Shown: positions 47,513 to 64,000 of the stretch, one piece after another
Position numbering within the stretch: the stretch's first letter is position 1
Layout of the letters: each line of letters begins with the position of its first letter
DNA from: Zygnema circumcarinatum SAG 698-1b
Taxonomy: Eukaryota > Plantae > Zygnematophyceae
DNA length: 64,000 nucleotides
Direction: 5' to 3'
NCBI GenBank assembly: GCA_037447605.1
Contig: CM074805.1
Location: forward strand, 310,001 to 374,000
Notes under the pieces: generated by a model
Told to the model about the DNA's origin: nothing
Database searches by the model: none
Seen by the model: only the letters and a program-made list of their open reading frames with translations
Program-made: the position numbers and the translations under genes

Positions 47513-49939
47513 GGACGCGCGGGGCAGGCGGAAGGCCGAAAGCCTTGGCGCATGTGGGCCTGCGCGGGCCCTTTGAATTTTAGGCTGCCCAACATTTTGG
47601 TAATATAAAATGATCTGCAATTGCCTTGGATACTGCCCGTATCTGAATTAAAGTGTTTTATTGGCAGCTTGGTCTTGAAAAAAAAAAAAAAAATCTAAGC
47701 ATTATTCTTTTCTTTTTTCTGCCCAGTTCATTGGGCAGGCCGCCGGGCAGGTCGGGGCGTTTGACCGTACAGTTTTTACGACGACAGAATCAGTGCGTAT
47801 CTGATGTCAGAATCGGATTTGTCCTCAGTTTGACTTCAGATTCTGTCCACGTCGACAGAATCTATTCGTTGAACGTTACTGGCCCAGCCAGGGACCCTAA
47901 TCGACGGCCACACAGCGCTAGAGGTTGCGGCACGCAGCCAGGGCCGTCGATTGGCTGACGGCGGCCCTTGCAGCGCGTTTCGGAGGCGGCAGGACTTCAG
48001 GCGCTTGTCTGGGTCAATTCCCTCTCAGAGATCCTTGGAAACGTACCGGTATCAGCGAGGTTTTTCCCAAACATTACTTCATTCTGAGTGCGAACTCAAG
48101 TGTCGCTCATTGCAAGGAAGTGCAATTGAAGACATCTATGCACAAGGCGTAATCACTTCCAATAGGCTACCGACGTTTACGATGGCTTCTTTGACATGAC
48201 CGGGTTCCATGCAGGCTGTGGGAGCATCGCCCCCACCTCTCCCCCCCCCTCCCTTTCTCTCTCTCTCTCTATCTCTCGCTCTCTCTCTCTCCCTCTCTGT
48301 CCGGCCATTTTCCAATGTCGGCAACGGAGGGAGTGGTCCTGCATCGCATGGATGCAGTTTGGAGCGCAAGCAGCGCAAGGAGGAGCGAGAAGCGAGATGT
48401 GAAAGTGGGAGAAGGGATGAAAGGACGGAGAGAAAATTAAAGATGAAGTCGAAAGGAGGGAAGGGAGGTCAGGGAGAGTGTCCGTTGCCTGAAAATGTTC
48501 CTGGTTCCATCACGGACGCTACGGAAATCATGACGAATGGTGGGGAGGTGCTGGGTGGTTGAGGGAAGTGGAGGTGGAGAAGACAACGAGTTAGTGATGA
48601 GGGAGGGAGAAGGACGAGATGGGAGGGGAGAGAGAGATGGCAGTGGGGGGTGAGAAGGGAAAGGTGAGCGAATGGGAAGAGGAGAAGGAAAGTGAGAGGG
48701 CCGAGGGGAAGGAGAGAGGGGAGGGGAGAGAAAGTGGAGAGAGAGGGGGCACAGGAAAGAAAGTGGAAGATTGGGTACTGGAATAAGAAAAAAAACACAA
48801 CTTATAGGGCAAGAGAGTGGGAACGGGAAGGAGAAACGACAGAACAAGAAGAAGGAGAAGAAGAAGAAGAAGAAGAAGAGTGAGAGGGGAGAGGAGAAAG
48901 AGGGTAGAGTGGGGAGATATTGGGAGAGGGAAGCAATTAGGGGTGGAGGGAAAGCCAGGGCAGAGGGGAGAGAACGAGGAAAGGAGGGGGATATGGGATG
49001 GGAGCGAAAGAGAGCAGAGAGGAGGGAGTAGGGAATGGAGGGGAGAGAGGCCAGCGGGAATATAGGGGTGATAGTAGAGAGAGGGCAGAGAGCACACAGG
49101 GGAGGGGAGAGGCGGGGGGAAAGGGAGAGGAGAGGGAGATTGGAAAAGACGGTTTTATGTCGTCGTCGCGCGAGGCGGTTCTGTACTGTGCGACGGGACG
49201 GAACAGCGGTACAGACGACTGAACGGATAAGGAAGGGCTGCCACGTGTCCATCGCTTTTCATCTCAGCCGTCGATCTACCGCCTTCGCTGCCAGGTCAGA
49301 TTTGGGACAATCCTGAACTGCAGATATTTTATCCACAGCGAGAGGATCAACCAGGGTGGGTCCACTGCGTAACCAATGTGGTTCCGTACCGAATTGACTC
49401 AGATCAACTCTTTCCTTGTAAGGTTGATCTCGTAGATTATCACGATTTAATTGGTCGGGTGAGATTGTGCACGGCTTCGATTGGTCGTCAACTGAACTCA
49501 ACAACCGCACGCTAGTTCAAGAATCAATAATTCGAGGATCCACGTTCCAGCGGTACAAAGATCATATTTGATTTGTGGACCTCGGTCGAGCTTTGTGCGT
49601 TAACCCCGGATCCACTTTGGGACCTTTTTCCGCCAACTTATCTGCCTCGCAGCTTCCTGCCTCCCTACGGCTCGATTTCATCCCTTTCTCACTTTTACCG
49701 AATGCAAGAAACAAAGCTTAATTTGCAAAACGACGAGCAACCCATTTCATATTGAGGCGCTATCTATTTTGGGTCACTTCATTCCTCCCTAGAAGCCTCC
49801 GTTTTTATGCATAGTTTGGCAGACAAATTGCTCTTTTCTGGCAGAAAGCGCTCTAATAGGATGGCCTTCTTCATCATCCCTCGATAATATAAGCTCATCT
49901 CGTACTTAGTCGAGGTTCTGGGCACCACTGGAGCGCTGC

Positions 49940-52868
49940 ATGGCCCAGTCGTCAGCAATCGGAACCCCAAATATGTCGATCGAGCTGTTGGGGTCTTCAT
50001 ATTCCCCACTATCTTCATCTCCCCCTTTTCTCCACGCTTCTTCAAAGAAACTTCAGTCGCTGTCGCTGTTCTATAAGGTGGATTCCATCACGTATAAATG
50101 TAAATTCCGTAGTGTTGCAGTTTCTGGAAGTGTCCCACTAAGGGGTATAGGAGAAATCGGCGCTTTTAGAAGAAGTGTTTTTGGGGCTTGTTTGAAATCT
50201 CAAACGAAATTAGGGTTCTCTGAGCCATATACCGCTAACTCCAGCTGTACATTATTCAAAAGAGGAGCAGACATTTCTCGCAGAAAGCGGCAAAAACATT
50301 GGAAGGCAGGGGCCAAAAACGTGCCCGTGTCTGAAAGAAGTAGAGGATACAGGGGGATTCCAGCTGTGGCTTTTTTTACCAACAGAGATTCGAAAAATGC
50401 TCGCAATTCAGAGGAAGAAGTTGTTCACCCTAATGTATTTATCGATGAAAAGGTGGGTTCAGTCCTGTACTCGCAATTCGCAAACGGTTTCCTAATTTTC
50501 TGGAAGTTGCTGTCCGCTTAGAAGCCGCCCTTACTGAGTTAGTGGAGTCCCATCCCTCCCCTCTCTCTCTCTCTCACTCTCTCGCTTTCTCTCTCTCCCT
50601 CTCGCTCTCCCCACTTTTTTTGAGTGTCTCACTTCGATTTTCGAGCTTTCTTGCGTTTTGGTTGTTGGGTGTTTACAGTCTTTGGGTTCTCGGTTTCGGA
50701 ACTTACTTTTTCTTACTCCTGCCTCTCCCACCACCTCTCCCCTTTTCGTTTCCTTTTTGCAGTCATGGACTCCCCCCGCCTTCGAACTCCCTCCCGAACC
50801 TCCGCTCCACCACACCTTTTCAGAATTGTCACGTTTTGACGACAAATTCGACCCACAACACGAGCCCCAGACTGCAGGAAGCCGGAAACTGGTTTTTGAC
50901 AGCAAACTGGGCGTAATCCTGTTGAACATTGTGGCGGTGGGATACGCGGGGACCGCCGTTCTGGTGAAGGCCATGCAGGGGGGCCCCTCCTTGGGCTCCG
51001 CCAATACTCCGACAAGTGTCGATTTTTTCCTGCGCTTCGGAACCGCTGCGATGGCGATGTTGGTTCCCTATTTTCTGAGGTAGGCTCTCGCTCTCCCCCT
51101 CTCGCTCTCTCTCTCCCTCTCTTACTCTTTCTCTCCCACTCTCTCTCTTTCTCTCCCACTCTCTCTCTCCCACTCTCTCTCTCACTTTAGCTCCCACTCT
51201 CGCACTGTGTCGTTTTTTGTCGCTTCTCCTATCTCCCTCTCTTTCGGCCCCTCCCGCTCGTTCGTTTTCTGTACTCTGTCTCTTCATACCTCTCTATGTC
51301 GCTTTGAGATCTCTCTCTTTTTCTCTGTCTCTCCCTCTCTACCCTCCTCTCCTTCCGACCCTCCTACCCGTCCTCTCTATCTGCCTTCTCAGCTTCTCTC
51401 CCTCTCTTTCTCCCGCTCTTCCCTCTCTCCTCTCCTTCCATTTCTCTCGCTGTCTCTCGCCTTATTTCCCCTACTGTCGTTCTCACTCTCCTTTCCTCAT
51501 CCGCTTGTAATCCTCTTCCACCCTCATATATGCTCTTGCTTTCTCTTCGCTTCACATTTTCTTCGCTCCTCTTTCATTCACCCCGTCCCTTTCCCTCTTT
51601 CCTTTCTCTTCTCTCCTCTCCCCCCACTCCCTCTCACATTATCAGTGTATATGTGGAGCAGGAATCATTGGAGAATTAGCAAGCGCTCGCACCTCACCAT
51701 CGGTGGAGACGGAGGCATTCTTTCTCCTTCTAAGAGGGAGAGCGAGAGGGGGGGAGAGAGGGAGAGGGAGGCGGAGAAGGACAGATCCGTCCTGGGCCAT
51801 GGAGTGGAATTAGGGTTTTGGATGTTCCTAACATATGGAGGGCAGTCCCTTGGATTGGAAACAAGTTCGGCAGATCATGCCTCTCTCCTCCTCACGCTTT
51901 CTGTGAGCGCTTTTTTCATTATCCCATTATAAACTATCGTGATTTTACTATTCTCGACAGCAGTTTATTTCGGGTTAGAGAGTGTGTTCAAGCTTAAAAT
52001 ATGCAGTGAAAATGTTCGAAGATAAGCTCTGCTTTTTATTGGATTCTGGGACTCGTTAAGTTAAGAGGGAACGGGTTGTGTAGTCGCCACACTAATGAAA
52101 ACAAAATCTGAAACATTTGGTTTTTTTCCGGTTTTCTTCTTTCTAGTACGAAATTGTGTCGACTAGATTAGATTTTAATTTGGTTTTGTAAATTGTGGAA
52201 CGGGGAAGTGTTGCAGGTTATATTGGTTCCATTTTTGGAGGCGTTGGAGGGGCGGGCCATCAGTCGCAGCGTATGGTTCGCCACTCTTTTGGCGACTGCA
52301 GGTAAATCTCCTCTCTCTCTCCTTCTCCTTCTCCTTCTCTCCCCCCCCCTCTCACTATCTCCATTTCTCCACCCTCTTTCTCTCTCTCTCCACTACTCTC
52401 CCCCTCTCTCCCTCTCTCTCTCACCCCCACTCGCTCTCTCTCTCTACGAGTTGTGAGCTCTTTTGATAGTGTTGTCACATGATGCAGGCATGGTCCTATT
52501 GGAGGGAGGGGGGGGTGCTCTCGGAGGCGAGGGCTTCTCGGGTTTGGACCTTTGGAATGTGCCCGCCGGCCATGTATGGTGCCTCCTGGGAGCGGTCGGA
52601 TCCGCGATCCATGTGGTGCGTGTTTCCGTTCCGTTCATGTCATTGCTACAACTGCGTTTGAAACTTCTGCTTTGGGTCCATTGCAGAGTTGTCTCATGTC
52701 CCCCTTCCTCTGTATCCGTCGCCCACATTTCTTTCTCGATATCTACCCTCTCTCTCGTCCCGTCTCTCTCCCCCCTCCCACTCTCCGCTTCCCTCTTTCC
52801 TTCCCCTTCCCCCCTCACTCTCACACGCTCGTTGCCATCACTCTCACTCTCTCTTTCCTCCCCCCCTT

Positions 52869-52958
<90 letters not shown>

Positions 52959-53737
52959 CCACTGGCAGGTGAGATCCGAGGCTGCGTGCTCCAAGAGCGA
53001 CCCGCTTGCCCTTGTGGTGGTGCAGCTAGCCACGGCGGCCGCCCTGGCGGTGCCATGGATGGCATGGGACGCGCTGGCCATGATGCATGCCCATGGCCAT
53101 GCCCATGCGCCCATGGACATGGCCATGAACATGGCCGCATGCCTCCGCGCCGCGCCATGGCTCATGCTCCTCATTGCGGGGCCCATCGGAACCGGTCCGT
53201 GCTTCAAACCCTGCCACCTCCACAACCCTAAAAACCCCCAAAACCCCCAAAACCCCCTTCTCCACATCATGCATGGCGACTGGAACCCCGTACGGACCCT
53301 CAAATGTTCTGAGTATGTATGTGCGTGTATCCTTTATGGGCGTGGCAGGGCTGTGCGAGTGGCTGGAGCTGGAGGCCCTGCGCCACGTGGAGGCTTCCGC
53401 CGCAACCCTAATTCTGACGTCCTCCCCGCTGTGGGGGAGTCTGTTCGCGTTCGCGGTCCTCGGGGAGACGCTCGACCGCGCCTCCGCGGGGGGGGCGCTG
53501 CTGCTGCTGCTCGCCAGCCTGCAAGTGCAGCTCGTGGACCCCGCAAGGAAGGGGAGGGGGAGGGAGGAGAGGGAGGGACGGGAGAGGGAGGGGTGGGAGA
53601 GGGAGGAGAGGGAGATGCTTAATGTGAAGGGCGGGGGAATGAGGGAGGCCGCAAGGCCGCGCAGTGTAATGGAGGCGGCGGAGCTGCTCGACAAGGCGTG
53701 GAGGGAGAGGGGAGTGGGAGGGAGGAGGAGGAGGTGA
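49940..53737 (+). CDS. EamA/drug-metabolite transporter family protein with Ser-rich N-terminal extension (likely transit peptide)
   Basis: Spliced segments GVILLNIVAVGY, LRFGTAA, GVELGFWMFLTYGGQSLGLETSSADHASLL, VILVPFLE..GR, LALVVVQL and LELEALRHVEASAATLILTSSPLWGSLFAFAVLGETL. The first exon (49940-about 50451) joins 50763 in phase 0. Confidence 0.85.
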
Positions 53738-54149
53738 TCATGGGGGGGGGCGTGACGTGACATATCGGAGGGCGGGGTTCTATAAGTCCGATAGTACTAT
53801 CCTTGTAAATACTTTTTTTTTTTTTTTAATCTTCCCCCGTAGGTAGAGATATGTAAAGGTTGTGACATAAACGGGAGCACAAAAAAAGGATTAATTCGAT
53901 CGAGATTTGAGGTCCTATTACGACCGGCCATATCTTATAGGTGACGTTAAAGCCGCACTTAAAGTCGGTAAAGAGATAGAAGCGGCTTGCATGGATATGC
54001 ATGGCAATAATTGAAAAACAATAAGCAAAAGATTCCGGCGATTTGTGCGTCGATGGTTTCTCAACGGCGCTGGTTCATCGACTGCATTTCTTTTCATCTC
54101 TCTTCCAGTCTCCCAACTCACTTCTCACCCCCCCACTGTCGTTCTCAGA

Positions 54150-54920
54150 CTTCCTCTTTCCCTCGCACACCCTCTCACTCTCGCTCTCCCGCTCCCGCTT
54201 CCCCTCTCCCTCCCTCTCCCTCTCGCTCTCCCTCTCCATCTACGGCTCCCTCTCCCTCTCCCGCTCCCTCTCTCGCTCCCTCTCCCGCTCTCCATCCCTT
54301 ACGCTGTCCCTCCCCATTCCCCCCTTCCTCTCCCTTTCCCTCTCCCTCTCCCGCTCCCTCTCCCTCTCCCTCCCTTTCGCTCTCCCTCTCCCGCTCCCTC
54401 GCCCTTTACGACTCCCACTCCAGCTCTCTCTCCCTCTTCTTCTCCCTCTCCCGCTCCCTCTCCCTCTCCCGCTCTCTCGCCCTTTACGACTCCCTCTCCA
54501 GATCTCTCTCCCTCTCCTTCTCCCTCTCCCTCTCCTTCGCCCTCTACCTCTCCCTCACCCTCGCCCTCTCTCTCTCCCATTACGGCTCCCTCGTCCACTC
54601 CCTCTCTCGCTCCCTCTCGCTCCCCTTCTCGCTCTCCCTTTACGGCTCCCTCTCCTCCTCGCTCTCCCTCTCCCTCCTCCCTCTCCCTCTCGCTCTCTCT
54701 TAATGGCTCCCTCTCCCTTTCCTCGCTCTCCCTCTCCCGCTCCCACTCCCTCTCCTCCCTCTCCCTCTCCCTCTCCTCCCTCTCCCTCTCCCTCTCTCTT
54801 AACGGCTCCCTCTCCCTCTCGCTCTCCTCTCCCCCTCCCTCTCCCTATTGCCATCCCTTTCGCTCTCCCTCTGCCTTTACGGCTCCCACCCCCTCTCCCT
54901 CTCCTCCCTCTCTCGCTCTC
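54150..54920. repeat. Pyrimidine-rich minisatellite with about 9 recurring TTACGGCTCCC-like anchors
   Basis: Anchors near 54240, 54299, 54405, 54483, 54579, 54638, 54700, 54799 and 54876, embedded in (CCCTCT)n. Confidence 0.7.
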
Positions 54921-57316
54921 CCTCTGGCTCGTTCGTTTGAATGAAGGCGCGGTAGCCACGTGGCAGTACCCCCTTCCTTCGCTTGCCCTTCGACTGTACG
55001 GCGGCTCCCCAGCCGCTGACTCTACCTGACACGTGGTGGAACCAGGCCAATGCCTGTTCTACGCGCACCACACACGATCGACGGCTCTCCGGATTCTCAG
55101 CGACATGACAATGTTCCCACCGACATTTTGGCTCGAACCCGTCATTAAAGCTGAACAATGTCCGTACAAACATAATAATGGACATGACCAAAGAGTACGA
55201 AAATATCTTTTTCCGAACGTGTGCTGTTTTGTCGTTTTGGTTGTGGTCTACTTCTCTGTGTATCTTGACCGCAATTTTCCTACTGTATTACGCCAACGTT
55301 GGTCCGTGAACCAATACGACAAATATGACAGCAAGGATAAGGAACGACAAATTCATGCATTTTGTCGTTAGGTGCACCTTTTTGGTCAAAGCTAAACTCC
55401 CCGTGATTCCCGGCCAGCCAGCCACTCATTGCCCAAGATCCGGCCCGTGGTCAGCACAACGGACAAATCCGATTCCCACTAAGCGTCAGCGATGCCCTGC
55501 AGCCAATCACGAGCCACTGACCACCCGTCAGCTGGCACGTTGCCGACGGCAATTACTATCGCAATATCGCCAGCCGTATCGACATTGACCGACATACCTT
55601 TTGCCGGTTTGCCGAGGCGCCAGCCACATGACCCCCGGCCAGAGGAAGTCCCCTTCTCCCCTAGACAAGTCAATGTTGCCGGCTCCGGCAAGTTCTGTCG
55701 GTCATAGCCAACACGCCGGCGATGTGGCGATATGCTTGAGATGACGCCCTGATCGTTCTGGCCGCGCCCCCCCCCCTGACCGCTCCGCCCGGTGGGCGGT
55801 CCCTGGCTCCTCATTGGCCAGCCCATCATAGAAAAAGACAAATTTTGCAGAGTCACTTAGGGGTACCACGTGGGGAGATTCTGTAGGGACTCTTGGGGGC
55901 ACATAAATGCAGATGTACTTTGCGTACGAACGAGGAACCCCAGCCAATCAGAAGCAGTCGAACAACCATTAGGGCTGGAACGGCGAATGGTTCCGTACGG
56001 CTAGGGCTTGTGCGAAGGGGTGGCCAGTTTGTCGTTTTTAACTATCGTTGAGATATCGCCACTTCGCCGACGTATCGGGTAAAACGACATTGGACAGACC
56101 GTACCAATATGGCGCGAACGGCCGAGCGGAAGCAGCCAAAGAAAAAAGGAAGGCGATATGACGATGTGGAAATCGTATCGGGCGTACCGTAAGTGGACTA
56201 ATCCGTGGGTGCCGCTAACACGGTCCTTAAATTCTCCGATTGAGAGACCTTAGAAACGACAAAAATGTAGATCTTGTGTTTGCCTGTCACCAGGTCTCAT
56301 CTTTTGTCGCCTGCAAAATGGACGGTAGCGTCACTGGCGTCGCCTACCTCCGGCAGACGACTGGATTCTGTCTTCTTGTTGAGATTCGATGCGTAAGGAC
56401 TGCGCTAACGACAAACATTTTCCGGAGACCCGCAGGGGCCGCATACTCTGGGAACGCGAAATTGTACGGAACATTAACTTTCGGGTCAGGAGTCAAAACA
56501 TTTTAAAAAAAGCAAAAAAATGGCAGAATGTATAACTACGTGGCAGGTTTTCACTAGCTGACGCAGAACCTTGATACCTGCCCGCAACTTCTTTGGGCTG
56601 CCCGTAATCACATGAAAACATTTTTCAGTTGCCCGTCCTCGTGGAGGCTTCTGACAGGCTGCCGGCCCCACGTGATTTAGGAGCTCAAATCGTACGGCTC
56701 CGATTCAGGGCGAATCTTTTTTCGATGCAATGCAGCCAATCGCAGGACGCGCGACAAAACCGTGAACTTTTTAAGACCAAATTTGTCTGCCGAAACAATT
56801 TCCAAGTTTGGTCCTCCCATGCCACTCGCGCCGGGGCTGGTAGCCGCCTCCTTGTGGGTCCCACAAGGATTCCCCCTCGACTACCCCTGCCTCTTCCTCT
56901 CCCTCTCCCTCTCCCTCTACCACTCCCTCTCCCTCTCCCTTCCTCCCACTCCGCTTCCTCTCCTTCTCCTTCTCCCTCTCTTACTCCCACTCCCCTCCCT
57001 CTCTCACTCCTCTCCCTGTCCCTCTCCGTCTCCCACTCCTCTCCCGCTCCCTCTCCTTCTCCCACTCCCCTCCCTCTTCCACTCCTCTCCCTCTCCCACT
57101 CCTACTCTTCTCCCTCCCCTACTCCTCTCCCTCTCCCTCTCCTTCTCCCACTCCTCTCCCTCTCTCACTCCTCTCCCTCTCCCTCTCCCTCTCCTTCTCC
57201 CACTCCTCTCCCACTCCTCTTCCTCTCCCACTCCTCTCCCTCTCCCACTCCTCTCCCTCTCCCTCTCCTTCGCCCTCCTCCCCACTGTAGGACACGCGTC
57301 GCTCAGCGGTCGCCCG

Positions 57317-63949
<6,633 letters not shown>

Positions 63950-64000
63950 CTCGACTTTATCGAGGGGGATGACACTATCAAGGGCACCTTCAAAGCCTTA

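Overview
Eukaryotic, intron-rich draft-assembly DNA with two 10-N gaps. Most likely a streptophyte green alga or other early plant lineage; this is inferred from plant-type AUG5, DUR3, MPDU1 and ADK plus microsatellite-packed introns. No prokaryotic features, rRNA, tRNA or CRISPR array were found. Hand-spliced gene models from left to right: a soluble tomosyn-like SNARE-motif gene (+), MPDU1 (+), an At1g08530/At5g09995-like protein (-), adenylate kinase (+), a CYP711/MAX1-clan P450 (-), secreted Cys-rich protein copy A (-), a small orphan gene (+), augmin subunit AUG5 (-), secreted Cys-rich protein copy B (+), an ABCC/MRP transporter (-), an EamA/DMT transporter (+) and the urea transporter DUR3 (+). 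Non-genic DNA holds an intact hAT MITE with an 8-bp TSD, tandem MITEs, a fold-back repeat, minisatellites and very long CT/GA tracts. Most long ORFs in the supplied track are microsatellite artefacts. The strongest leads are: (1) a pair of intronless, cationic, secreted 20-Cys proteins of no family I recognise, built from a duplicated 10-Cys module and pointing away from each other around AUG5; (2) up to three U12-type introns in one MPDU1 gene; (3) a tomosyn-type SNARE motif with Ala at the zero layer and no visible WD40 region; (4) a MAX1-like P450. All family calls come from remembered motifs, not database searches.
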